From the NCBI GenBank assembly GCA_040222015.1, contig JAVJWO010000218.1:1-45725 (forward strand): 45,725 bases of DNA, read 5' to 3'. The notes under the pieces are model-generated. The model did not search any database. It worked only from the letters and a program-made list of their open reading frames with translations, and had not been told where the DNA came from. Of the stretch, positions 29,533-39,509 are shown piece after piece. This DNA comes from Coleofasciculus chthonoplastes F2-STO-03. Lineage in GTDB: Bacteria > Cyanobacteriota > Cyanobacteriia > Cyanobacteriales > Coleofasciculaceae. Positions within the stretch are counted from its first letter, which is position 1. Every line of letters begins with the position of its first letter. The position numbers and the translations under genes are program-made.

Positions 29533-31578
29533 TTAATTTTTGTAACGCTCAATTGTCGCCATGGCTTGATTTTTACCGCCATAGTAAGATTGGATAGTTT
29601 GAGCAATCTGAATCGCTCGTTCATCGTTCCCTGTAGCGACTAATCGACGTACAATGGCATCCAAGGCTTTGGCTTTTTGTTCGTAGTCTGTAATCGTTTT
29701 AGCCACCTGAATGGCTTGCTCATGCTCAGTAGGCGTGGTTAAATAGCGTGCGATCGCGTGTATAGTCTTACTCTGAATCGAGTCATCGGGGATACTGTGA
29801 GTCACTCTCAGAGCTTGGGTATACTCACCAGCATCAGTTAACTGGAGTGCGATCGCTTGGATAGTCTTACTCTGAATCGAGTCATGGGGGATACTGTAAG
29901 TCACGTTTAGGGCTTGGGTATACTCACCAGCATCAGTTAAGTTGAGTGCGATCGCTTGTATCTTTTCAATGATTGGTAAGGCTTGCTTAGACTTACTCGC
30001 CACCATTAACTCCGTTGTAATCATTCCCAAAGCCTTTACCTTAATCAAGTCATTTGTAATCGTTTCCGCAGTATCAATGGCTTGATTGTACTTACCCGCT
30101 TTCGCGTAATTAGCTGAAACATCTACTAACTTCCAATCTTCCCCCAGAAAAATTCCCCGATCATTTTCTCCATCAACACTTTCTGTACCCGGAGCGCATT
30201 GAAGCCTACCCTCTTCTACAATTGGTGCTGGAGGGCGATTAGTACCCTTATCTTTTGTCTCACACAAGATAGCTAATGTTGTCAATTCTCCTGTTGCTTC
30301 AACGCTACCCAAAAACACACCGCCCACATAACTATTTAAATCGGATTGGCGGGAAACGCTATAGTTAATCGAACTCAAAAGAGTTGCATAACTTGAATAG
30401 GTATAGTTTGTGGTTTCAGTGCTAATGCCTAGTCCCAGTTCACCAATATTATTAGTAAAATTACTTTCTTCTAAAAAATAAGCTTGCTGGGCGCGATTCA
30501 TTGAGCTAATATACTGCCTTGCTTCGGATTGCTTTGCTTTACTAGAACCACCAAAAGCCCAAAATAAACCAGGCATCAGGAAAATTAAGCCAATTGCAAT
30601 TAGTCCTAGCCAAGCCAAGCAGCCACAACCGTAACCACTTTTCGTATCCGATGAACGGTTTATTGATTGTCGCACAGGAATTTGAATTTGGTGATCAATA
30701 AAACAGGATTGCAGCGAAGAAAAAGCTTGACGTGCCGTACTCAACCGTCTTTCCGGTGCAGGTTGAATTAACTGCTCAATCCAGTTAGCAAAATTCGGAT
30801 TAATCCTGACTTTATCTTGAAACTTAATCCGCATTCGCTGCTGGGGTAATTGAGATGGCGGAATCCCTGTTAATAAATGAATTAAAGTCGCACCCAATGC
30901 ATATAAATCTGATGCAGGTACAGCTTTTCCCCATAACTGTTCGGGGGGTGCGTAACCACTGGTTCCCACTACTGTAAATGTAACACCTTCAGCTTTAGCT
31001 TTGTCTTGCACAGCACCAAAATCTACTAGATAAATTTGGTTATTTTCCCCCAAAATCAGATTACTCGGCTTAATATCACGATGAAGAATAGGTGGACTCA
31101 ATTCGTGTAAATCAATTAAAATATTGATCAAATCCTCAGCAAAATGACGCACCTGATTTTCGCTAAACCGTTTCCCTTGATTTAATAACTGCTTGAGAGA
31201 GTCACCGGGAATATAGTCTTGCACTAAAGCAAACCAAGGTAATTCGGTTACACTAGACTTATCACTATTTTCATTATCAATAGAAGAGTGTTCTAAACCC
31301 GCTTCCACATCATCTACTGAAAAATAATCCAGATACTTCGGAATGCGAGGATGGTTGAGATTCTTTAGAACTTGAGCCTCTCGTTGAAACAGCTTCAACT
31401 CATCCCATTGCATCTGGGGATTAAACATCAAAAATTTAACCACAACGGCTGTTGGTGGTGAGGCTTGAGTATCCATCGCTAACCAAGTTTGCCGCCCTGC
31501 ATTGTGTCCTAATTGTTTTTTTAGCTGATAGCGATCGCGTAAAACTTGTCCCGCACTTAACATAATTAATTCCTTCAA
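29533..31578 (-). CDS. Ser/Thr kinase - TM - type IV pilin-like (Pilin_GH) - TPR-like repeat fusion (array member 2)
   Basis: Kinase motifs, one TM, KAKQSEARQYISSMNRAQQAYFLE pilin-like helix, then 33-aa helical repeats. Confidence 0.88.
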   Translation of the reverse strand: MKELIMLSAGQVLRDRYQLKKQLGHNAGRQTWLAMDTQASPPTAVVVKFLMFNPQMQWDELKLFQREAQVLKNLNHPRIPKYLDYFSVDDVEAGLEHSSIDNENSDKSSVTELPWFALVQDYIPGDSLKQLLNQGKRFSENQVRHFAEDLINILIDLHELSPPILHRDIKPSNLILGENNQIYLVDFGAVQDKAKAEGVTFTVVGTSGYAPPEQLWGKAVPASDLYALGATLIHLLTGIPPSQLPQQRMRIKFQDKVRINPNFANWIEQLIQPAPERRLSTARQAFSSLQSCFIDHQIQIPVRQSINRSSDTKSGYGCGCLAWLGLIAIGLIFLMPGLFWAFGGSSKAKQSEARQYISSMNRAQQAYFLEESNFTNNIGELGLGISTETTNYTYSSYATLLSSINYSVSRQSDLNSYVGGVFLGSVEATGELTTLAILCETKDKGTNRPPAPIVEEGRLQCAPGTESVDGENDRGIFLGEDWKLVDVSANYAKAGKYNQAIDTAETITNDLIKVKALGMITTELMVASKSKQALPIIEKIQAIALNLTDAGEYTQALNVTYSIPHDSIQSKTIQAIALQLTDAGEYTQALRVTHSIPDDSIQSKTIHAIARYLTTPTEHEQAIQVAKTITDYEQKAKALDAIVRRLVATGNDERAIQIAQTIQSYYGGKNQAMATIERYKN

Positions 31579-31605
31579 CTCTTAACTAATGGGTTTCATT
31601 CGTTG

Positions 31606-33027
31606 CTAACAATCTGCCAACCAATCTTTAATTTCATAAACCAGCCAATTGACTTCAGATGGTTTTAGGTGATGGGCTAAACAGTAATTTCTCTTTTTCG
31701 TTTTGAGATAGATTGCCTGCTTTAAAGAATCTGGGCTTACTTGTTGAATTTCTGAAAGCAATAAATGAAACTTTAATTGATTGCAAACGAAAAAGCTGTT
31801 TTTATCAAGGCTTACATAATAACTCCGAAATCTAGGCAAGATAAAACCTCTAATTTCGCTAGTTATTTCTGAATATTTTTCGGGAATTTGCATAGCAAAA
31901 TACAGAGAAATGAAAAATATAGATAAACTTAAAATTGTCGATAAAAATGGAATCCCCTCTCCAGCAATTAATATAAGGCAATTGACTATTGCAGACAACC
32001 CAGACAATACTGTAGACATAAATATACAAATAAACAGTAAGCACAAACTAAAAAATAAAATCAATTTAAACGCAAAAACCAAAATACATACACAAAAAAA
32101 TACTTTTCTACCCGGAAATTTGATCACAAGCTGATGTGGAGATTTTTTAAGTTTAATCCGTGTGAAAAAAGGTGGATAAACGGATTCCAAAGGATAACAA
32201 ATCGAGCGCCCTGTTTCCAATGCATCAAGGGCTTGACTCGCACAACTCAAGCGCAAATCTAGGTCAGGTTCCGTCAAGGCTTCAATCCAACTTATCAACT
32301 GAGAATTAATACTGACTTGCTCCCGAAATTGTATCCGTAAATTTCGTTGGGGTAAATCAGCCGGAGGAACACCTGTTAATAAATGAATTAACGTCGCGCC
32401 CAAAGCATAGAGATCTGAAGCCGGAACCGCTTGTCCCCAAAACTGTTCCAATGGTGCATATCCACTCGTTCCCACCACGGTAAACGTCACCCCTTCTACC
32501 GCCGCACTATCTTGCACCGCACCAAAATCAACTAAATAAATCTGCTTATCCTCTCCTAAAATCAGATTACTTGGCTTAATATCTCGATGTAATACCGGAG
32601 AATTTAACCCATGTAAATAGATGAGAATCTCCAGCACTTGTTTAGCAATTGAACGAACCTGTGATTCGGTAAAGTGCTTTCCTTCATTCAGTAACTGCTG
32701 TAAGGATTTGCCGGGAATATAATCCTGCACTAAACCAAACCAACACAACCCCGCCCCAATTTTTTGATCCAAGGAAAAATAATCCTGATACTGAGGAATT
32801 CGAGGATGATTCAGTTGCTTTAGCACCGCCGCTTCTCGTTCAAACAACTTAAACTCATCCCACTCCATCTGGGGATTAAACGCGAGTAACTTCACCGTCA
32901 CCTGTTCACCCGACTGTAAATCTTGAGCTAACCAGGTTTGACGCCCTGCATTATTCCCTAATTGCTGTTGCAGTTGGTAACGTTCCTTTAAGCATTGCTT
33001 GGGGTTAAACAAAAGATTAGTTTTCAT
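31606..33027 (-). CDS. Membrane Ser/Thr protein kinase (array member 1)
   Basis: TVK, HRDIKPSN, DFG, GYAPLE; long hydrophobic C-terminal segment. Confidence 0.92.
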   Translation of the reverse strand: MKTNLLFNPKQCLKERYQLQQQLGNNAGRQTWLAQDLQSGEQVTVKLLAFNPQMEWDEFKLFEREAAVLKQLNHPRIPQYQDYFSLDQKIGAGLCWFGLVQDYIPGKSLQQLLNEGKHFTESQVRSIAKQVLEILIYLHGLNSPVLHRDIKPSNLILGEDKQIYLVDFGAVQDSAAVEGVTFTVVGTSGYAPLEQFWGQAVPASDLYALGATLIHLLTGVPPADLPQRNLRIQFREQVSINSQLISWIEALTEPDLDLRLSCASQALDALETGRSICYPLESVYPPFFTRIKLKKSPHQLVIKFPGRKVFFCVCILVFAFKLILFFSLCLLFICIFMSTVLSGLSAIVNCLILIAGEGIPFLSTILSLSIFFISLYFAMQIPEKYSEITSEIRGFILPRFRSYYVSLDKNSFFVCNQLKFHLLLSEIQQVSPDSLKQAIYLKTKKRNYCLAHHLKPSEVNWLVYEIKDWLADC

Positions 33028-33137
33028 AAGGATTGACCGCCTCTATTGCTGTAACTGTTCAAAGTTGTGAAACATCCAAATATACAAAAACAATCCGGAA
33101 AAAATAGATAATATTCATGATGGTTTAGGTATTATTA

Positions 33138-34187
33138 TCAACGTTTATAACCTTCAATTGCTGCCATTGCCTTCTCTTTACCGCCATAGTAAGATTGGAT
33201 AGTTTGAGCAATCTGAACCGCTCGTTTAGGGTTCCCTGTAGCAACTAATCGACGTACAATGGCATCCAAGGCTTTGGTTTTTGGTTGATAATTTGTCATC
33301 GTTTTAGCCACCTGAATCGCTTGCTCATGCTCAGTTGCTGTGGTTAAATAAGGTACGATCGCTTGGATAGTCTTACTCTTAATCGAGTCATCGGTGATAT
33401 GACGAGTTACTCTCAAGGCTTGCTCAGACTCACCAGCATCAGTTAACTTGAGTGCGATCGCTTGAATAATATTACTCTTAATCGAGTCATCGGAGATATT
33501 ACGAGTCACTCTCAAGGCTTGCTCAGACTCACCAGCCGCAACTAATTCTGTTGCAATAATCTGCAATGCTTTTGCCTTAAACCCTTCTTCGGTGATCGTT
33601 TCCACAGTATCAAGGGCTTGATTATACTTCCCAGCTTTCGCGTAATTAGCTGAAATATATACTAACTTCCCATCTTCTCCGAAAAAAACCTCTTGATCCC
33701 CTCCACTAAGACTTTCTGTACCCGGAGCGCATTGAAGCCTACCATCTTCTACAATTGGTGCTGGAGGGCGATTAGTACCCTTATCTTTTGTCTCACACAG
33801 AATCGCAAATGTTGTTAATTCTCCTGTTTCTTCAGCGTCACCCAAAAATACACCGCCCACATAACTCTTTAAATCGGATTGGCGGGAAACGCCATAATTA
33901 ATCGAACTCAAAATAGTGGCAGAAGTTGAATAGGTATAGTTTGTGGTTTCAGTGCTAATGCCTAGTCCCAGTTCACCAATATTATTCGTAAAATTACTTT
34001 TCCCTAAAAAATAAGCTTGCTGGGCGCGATTCATTGAACCAGTATATTGTTTTGCTTCGTATTGTTTTGCTTTACTAGGGTTAACCATAATTAATGGCTT
34101 AACCAATAGGAACATAAAGCCAATTCCGATGATTCCTAGCAAAGCTAACCAGCCACAACTATAGCCACTGTTTTTATCAACAAGCAT
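33138..34187 (-). CDS. Type IV pilin-like (Pilin_GH) protein with TPR-like repeats, no kinase domain
   Basis: N-terminal TM, KAKQYEAKQYTGSMNRAQQAYF; closely similar to the C-terminal half of 29533..31578. Confidence 0.85.
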   Translation of the reverse strand: MLVDKNSGYSCGWLALLGIIGIGFMFLLVKPLIMVNPSKAKQYEAKQYTGSMNRAQQAYFLGKSNFTNNIGELGLGISTETTNYTYSTSATILSSINYGVSRQSDLKSYVGGVFLGDAEETGELTTFAILCETKDKGTNRPPAPIVEDGRLQCAPGTESLSGGDQEVFFGEDGKLVYISANYAKAGKYNQALDTVETITEEGFKAKALQIIATELVAAGESEQALRVTRNISDDSIKSNIIQAIALKLTDAGESEQALRVTRHITDDSIKSKTIQAIVPYLTTATEHEQAIQVAKTMTNYQPKTKALDAIVRRLVATGNPKRAVQIAQTIQSYYGGKEKAMAAIEGYKR

Positions 34188-34272
34188 TTAACTCTCTCTC
34201 CTCCAAAGTAAACGGTACAAAACCACCTAATTTAAAGCCAAAAATTAATTATTGCCCTCTTCACCTCTCTCT

Positions 34273-34314
34273 CCCTCTGCGAACCTCTGCGCTAACCTCT
34301 GCGAACCTCTGCGT
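34273..34314. repeat. Tandem CCTCTGCG(AA/CTAA) repeat x4
   Basis: Direct reading. Confidence 0.8.
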
Positions 34315-34343
34315 TTCTCAAAAACCCTTCAACAAACGCCTAC

Positions 34344-35150
34344 CTACCCTTGAAGCTGCATCAAATAATAAGCCATGGGAATAATTCCAAAGGAACCCAC
34401 ATGCATCGACATAACTGTCATTGCCAGATGAGGATGCTTCTGCTTTAATAAACCTGCGATCGCAAACCCCTTCGTCACAAAGCCAAAAATAAAACCAATC
34501 AGCAGTAAACCGGCTGTCACACCATACAGAAAAGCTAGGTTTGCGGAACTATCCATGGCGTTAATCAGGAATAACGTAGCAAAACCCAAAGCCATGAAGA
34601 AAAGATAAACACAAAACCTAAACATCCCTTGACTGATATTCTTCAAATATCCTCGACGCTGACAGAATGAAAGACACATCGCCGCCGATAAAATCGAGCC
34701 AATGAGAGCCAAAGGAAACATTGCACTTAAAGAAACCCAACTAACCAAACTAGCCAACAGATAAAACCCATTCGCCAAACCTGCTATCAAAAAAGCTTTT
34801 CGGAAAGGAACCAACTCTCGTTTGCACAAGATAAAAGATTCAATTAAAACCGTAGCCAATAACGGTAATCCATACCCGTACATCAATGACATCGCCGGAA
34901 GCGTAATCAGACTAGAGCCAAATAACCATCCTCTATTCAATCCACCGCAAGCCATGGCGGGTAATGTCAGCATTAGCAGTAAACCGACTGTACCTCCTGT
35001 CACCTTGAGCCAAGATAGTCTCGGCGGCTGCGGCTTTACGGGGACACCCCTATAAAGAACCAGGGGAGCAGGTGTCAGAGGGAGCAGAGTCAAATCCAGG
35101 CTTGGCTTCTGTGTCATCGGTATTCTCCAGCAACTCGTGTTATGTCCCAT
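34344..35150 (-). CDS. Hypothetical multi-pass membrane protein
   Basis: About 7 hydrophobic segments; start may be the internal ATG (MTQKPS). Confidence 0.7.
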   Translation of the reverse strand: MGHNTSCWRIPMTQKPSLDLTLLPLTPAPLVLYRGVPVKPQPPRLSWLKVTGGTVGLLLMLTLPAMACGGLNRGWLFGSSLITLPAMSLMYGYGLPLLATVLIESFILCKRELVPFRKAFLIAGLANGFYLLASLVSWVSLSAMFPLALIGSILSAAMCLSFCQRRGYLKNISQGMFRFCVYLFFMALGFATLFLINAMDSSANLAFLYGVTAGLLLIGFIFGFVTKGFAIAGLLKQKHPHLAMTVMSMHVGSFGIIPMAYYLMQLQG

Positions 35151-35351
35151 CTAATCAGTCACATCTTTGAGATCCCATCGGAGTTATTCGAGAACTCATC
35201 GACTTCTCATTGACTTCGTTGTGATGGGGTTACTGGACTATATCTCTCCAGCTTCAGGGACTTATGCAATGCGTGTCCCATTTTTTTAGCGGCTTCTGCC
35301 TTTCATAACCGTTTTAACGGCGATGAATTACAAGATCGCTTTCTGGTTAAC

Positions 35352-35388
35352 TTTCACCCATTCGGGTATCATTTTCACCCATTCGGGT
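35352..35388. promoter_or_regulatory. Tandem palindromic operator-like sites
   Basis: TTTCACCCATTCGGGT twice at a 21-bp period, between divergent genes. Confidence 0.55.
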
Positions 35389-35521
35389 GTATTCTTTTGG
35401 CTGCAAATATTGTATTTTTAATGTAAATAAATTAAGCAAAATTGTATCATTATATAAATAAACAATTAGCTTAATTTTCCTGTAGCGTAAAATAGAATTA
35501 AAAAGATACATAGGTGCAACC

Positions 35522-35989
35522 ATGCAATTTAGAAACGAGAACTATTCAAAGTTGCCTCGTTTCCTCTATCCCTATTTGCCGCTTCAGAGGATAGGGGCAA
35601 AACGATTCGCAGGCTCAACGTTAGTCCAAGTCCTAACCCTAGCCATTGCTATTGGATTGACCAATCTGGGCGTAACTTTAGCTCAAGTTCCGGGAAATAG
35701 TACGATAAACTCGCCAACACCGCAGTCTTTCCCCTCTCCTAGATTGCCCAGGCGTGAGCTAGAAGTACAACCTGTGCGACCTATACAAATTCCCGCTATC
35801 TATGAACATCCCGATTTCTTTGAGGAAGGACACGAAAATTTCGAGGAACAAATTGACAAGTTAAGACTCCAGAATACGCCAGATTCTTCCGAAGACGAGG
35901 TACTCACAATTGAAGAATCAGCGTACTGGGAAAATCAAGACCATGGAGAGAGTTGGTTGACGAACAAAGCCCACCCTGACCTAAATTAA
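35522..35989 (+). CDS. Hypothetical exported protein; paralog of the N-terminal half of 36189..37112
   Basis: Signal-like LAIAIGLTNLG..LAQ; shared IYEHPDFFEEG and VLTIEE.AYW.N.DH motifs. Confidence 0.7.
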   Translation: MQFRNENYSKLPRFLYPYLPLQRIGAKRFAGSTLVQVLTLAIAIGLTNLGVTLAQVPGNSTINSPTPQSFPSPRLPRRELEVQPVRPIQIPAIYEHPDFFEEGHENFEEQIDKLRLQNTPDSSEDEVLTIEESAYWENQDHGESWLTNKAHPDLN

Positions 35990-36188
35990 CTGTTTGTAGT
36001 CAGCGCTTAAGCGCTTCTGCCACTAAAGTGGCTACTACGAACTCAGGTTAAGGCGTGCCATTCGACCTCAATTAGATGCTGAATAGAGATGTGTTAATTT
36101 GTCGCCAGACATAAGCCTATTGATAGAAGGTAAACCCTTCTATTTTTTTTAGAATGAACGTAAACCAAATATAAACGGAGGTACAATT

Positions 36189-37112
36189 ATGACGACTCCA
36201 CGCAACAAGTATTCAAAATTAAAATTACCGCGTTTACCCGATCGCACTCCTGAATCTCAAGGGTCAGTATCTAGACTAGGCGTGGATTCTACCCTTATCA
36301 AACTAGGGACTCTAGCCATCGCCGTAGTCCTAACCAATCTGGGTTTAACCCATTCGGCGTTTGCTCAAACTCAACTTCCCAGTAATCCTAACTCGCAAAC
36401 GCCACAACCCTTACCATCGGGTCAGACTCCAAATATAGACCTCCCTGACGCCGAACCGCCTCAACGATTAGCACCGCCTGGGATCTATGAACACCCCGAC
36501 TTCTTTGAGGAAGGTGAGGAAAAGCTAGAACGACGCATTGACAGGCTCAGAGAGAGACGCGATGAGGACGAATCAGAAGAGGATGTACTCACCATTGAAG
36601 AGCAAGCCTACTGGCAAAATCGAGATCATCCAGATAGTTTGCTGACGCTGCGTGATCCAGAAACGGGATGGACAAGAGTTGTTTCCACTCAGGGAGAATT
36701 TGCGGTTTCTCTACCCAAAAAGCCGACAGATGTCACAGGCGTTCCAGCCAACCAAGCGACTAATCTTGATCTAGAAGCGTATCGACTCAATCAACCTCCC
36801 CAAAGATTTGTCATCGCTTATTCTGAAGAAACCAGGTTAGCTGATCCAGAAGTCAAGCTACGCCAAATCCGCGACCAAATTTTAGCCGAAACTGATGCTC
36901 AGTTACTGCGCGATAGACCAATTTCCCTGGATGGTTATCCCGGTCGATCTTTTCAACTGAGAACCCCAAATCAATTGATGACTTACAGGTTGTATTGGGT
37001 GGACAATCGCCTATATGTTTTGAGAGCAAGTCACCAGAATCCAGGGAAGACTGATTATCAAGCGGCTCAGTTTTTCAATTCCTTTGAGCCAATTACTCAA
37101 TCGGATAATTAG
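36189..37112 (+). CDS. Hypothetical exported protein with a C-terminal PsbP/DcrB-like domain
   Basis: Signal-like ...HSAFAQ; W..V.S.QGEFAVSLP..P, ISLDGYPGR, NRLYVL, FFNSF pattern; fold assignment is inference. Confidence 0.7.
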   Translation: MTTPRNKYSKLKLPRLPDRTPESQGSVSRLGVDSTLIKLGTLAIAVVLTNLGLTHSAFAQTQLPSNPNSQTPQPLPSGQTPNIDLPDAEPPQRLAPPGIYEHPDFFEEGEEKLERRIDRLRERRDEDESEEDVLTIEEQAYWQNRDHPDSLLTLRDPETGWTRVVSTQGEFAVSLPKKPTDVTGVPANQATNLDLEAYRLNQPPQRFVIAYSEETRLADPEVKLRQIRDQILAETDAQLLRDRPISLDGYPGRSFQLRTPNQLMTYRLYWVDNRLYVLRASHQNPGKTDYQAAQFFNSFEPITQSDN

Positions 37113-37503
37113 GGTCTGCTGAATAAGTCTTGTGGTGGGGAGAGGGAACTCTGGAGGAAGAAGCGTTTTACTCCATTACAGAAGCTAGTTTCGATATGCC
37201 CTATCGTAAAGCGAGAAAACAAGAAAGAATGTGTTTTGGGCGTGCTTGTTGCTTAGACTTTTTACCTGTACAAGCACGGACTGTACAGAACCCTCTAAGC
37301 CTAGTTTTCAAGGTGCGATGCCTCTGGGGGGCAGGTTTTTATAGAGGTTTAATACCCTTTCCTCTAAGCGAACTTTAACACAAAGTCGTCCTAAAGAACG
37401 AGGCTTTATACCCAATTTATCGGTAAAAACCTTGCACTTGTTGGATGAAAAAATAGCCTGAAACCCTTATCTGCTCTATCTTCCACACTCATGCAGCAAG
37501 CCC
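37112..37503. mobile_element. Non-autonomous IS-derived element (MITE), about 390 bp
   Basis: Imperfect terminal inverted repeats GGGTCTGCTGAAT / ATGCAGCAAGCCC flanked by TA on both sides; no transposase ORF. Confidence 0.7.
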
Positions 37504-37526
37504 TACTTATCACGGATTTGCTCAGA

Positions 37527-38402
37527 TCATTTATGGTGAAAACGAATTCCCAGGAAAATATCATAGACGAAACTTAAGAAATCTTTGCCTTGTAGCAGTC
37601 CCAATGACTGATGACAGCCCTTTTGTTCTAATAAAGGCTGAGTGGCTCGATAGGCTCCTTGATATTTGTACCAGGGAATAGAGGGCCACAGATGATGAAT
37701 CAAATGGTAATTCTGACCCATAATCATAATATTCAGGATGGGGCTAGGATAAACCCTGGCATTTTTCCAGCGATCGCGTTCTTTGAAGGGACGATGGGGT
37801 AAATAGTCAAAAAACAAGCCCAACGCCAATCCCACAACCAAGGCTGGGGTAAACCAAAAGTTCATGATATAGCCCAAAAAGCCATAGTGACACGCCAGGT
37901 AAATTACCCCCGCCACAAACGCTCGGCTCAAGAACCATTCCAGCAGTTCATACTTACGCCACAAGCGACGCTTAAAGAAAAACACCTCATGGTAAAAGAA
38001 GCGTGCCGCAATTAACCACAGAGGACCCCCTGTTGATACAAAATGATCGGGATCGTTTTCTGGATCATTCACATTGGCATGATGCTGCATGTGTACCCGG
38101 GTAAACACTGGGAACGCAAACCCTAACATCAGCGCACTCCCATGACCCATCAGCGCATTCGCGATCCGATTTTTGTGGGCAACATTGTGAGAGGCATCAT
38201 GGATTACCGTACCTGCCATATGCAATGCTAGGACATTAATCCCAAAGCACAAAGGTGCAGGTAACCCCCACAGCCAGTAACCGCAGGTCGAGAAGACGAT
38301 CAGAGCCATCGCTACTATGAAAATTAGTAACGTTAGATTAAAATCTTCGGGGGCACCCAAGAATTCTCTGGGTACGGTCAGTGGCTTGATTGCCTCCGAC
38401 AT
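37527..38402 (-). CDS. crtR: Beta-carotene hydroxylase
   Basis: Histidine boxes HDASH, HMQHH, HLIHH; DPDHFVSTGGPLW typical of cyanobacterial CrtR. Confidence 0.93.
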   Translation of the reverse strand: MSEAIKPLTVPREFLGAPEDFNLTLLIFIVAMALIVFSTCGYWLWGLPAPLCFGINVLALHMAGTVIHDASHNVAHKNRIANALMGHGSALMLGFAFPVFTRVHMQHHANVNDPENDPDHFVSTGGPLWLIAARFFYHEVFFFKRRLWRKYELLEWFLSRAFVAGVIYLACHYGFLGYIMNFWFTPALVVGLALGLFFDYLPHRPFKERDRWKNARVYPSPILNIMIMGQNYHLIHHLWPSIPWYKYQGAYRATQPLLEQKGCHQSLGLLQGKDFLSFVYDIFLGIRFHHK

Positions 38403-38714
38403 CGTTGTTTGTACTCCTTATTAACTATCCTTTGGTAGTATAAGATGTCTTAACAGAATTATAAAGTTTTGTTGACATCAGGTCATTTAATCAAAATTGA
38501 CCGACTGATAAGCTTAACACGTTTTTGGGGCTTCGGGTGTACAGGTGCAGGTGAGTCGGGGGAGATGGGATTAGTAGAGACGTTCCGGTGGAACGTCTGG
38601 AAGCTGGGTAAGAATGACAAATGACGAATAACAGTGAAGTATTCGGGGAACCTCTGATCGTACTGCTATGGTCTTAATCTGATAAGTAGTTGCTTATCCA
38701 CAGCGTATCCATCC

Positions 38715-39509
38715 ATGAAACTTTCTTCCCGATTCCCTGTTCCCTCTACTCAGATGACCCGCAATCGGTTAGCCAATAGGGTGTCTTTGGGGTTAAGAAC
38801 CACAGGTTGGTCAGCGAGTTTAGCCATTGTCCTCGCTAGTACAAATGTTTTGGCATTCAACCCCGCCAACCAAAACCTCCCCGTTCAAAATCAGCCTCAG
38901 CGCGATGCTACCGTTGCTCAGAATAACACCAATGACCCTCGATTCACCTGCCAATTCTTTGAGGGGGAGTATACGGTGATGTATCATCCCGAAAGTCAAC
39001 CTGAACAGGTTTATGCTTGGGCGACTCCGAGTTTGATGGGTGGGGGTTGGACTCCAGAACGGCGCTGTAATGAAATTAGCCGTCGGTTGGAGTTTTATCG
39101 ACCCGATGGGTTATTGGAAATGCGGACAGCGACGGAAAATAACTACAACATTATTTGTGTCACGACTCAGAAAAACCCAGACTGTCAAATTGTCCTGACT
39201 GTACCGCCAGGTGAAGATCCTCAACTCATTCGCGATCGCGTGTTTGAAAATTTGACGGTTGCTGATAGTGGTCAATTGACGGATGCTGTGACCACATTTA
39301 TTGAAGATGATAACCGTTCAGATGTGCTTAATCAGGTGTTAAATGAAGGATTATCAGTCTTGGGAATTGGTCAACCGTCTAGACCGAATTCTGAGTCGCT
39401 CAATTTGCGACCTTTTCTTGATCCGGCTGATGGTGGAACAGGAACTCAATTGCGTCAGGGGACACCTGTACACTCAAGTCCTCGCTTAAACCCCGATAAT
39501 TTCCGATAA
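38715..39509 (+). CDS. COP23 domain protein
   Basis: Signal-like N-terminus; RFTCQ, GGWTPERRCNEISRRL, IIC...C.IVLT. Confidence 0.82.
   Translation: MKLSSRFPVPSTQMTRNRLANRVSLGLRTTGWSASLAIVLASTNVLAFNPANQNLPVQNQPQRDATVAQNNTNDPRFTCQFFEGEYTVMYHPESQPEQVYAWATPSLMGGGWTPERRCNEISRRLEFYRPDGLLEMRTATENNYNIICVTTQKNPDCQIVLTVPPGEDPQLIRDRVFENLTVADSGQLTDAVTTFIEDDNRSDVLNQVLNEGLSVLGIGQPSRPNSESLNLRPFLDPADGGTGTQLRQGTPVHSSPRLNPDNFR

Noticed and set aside
37130..37378. 82-aa ORF as a transposase
   Set aside because: No transposase motif; lies inside the MITE
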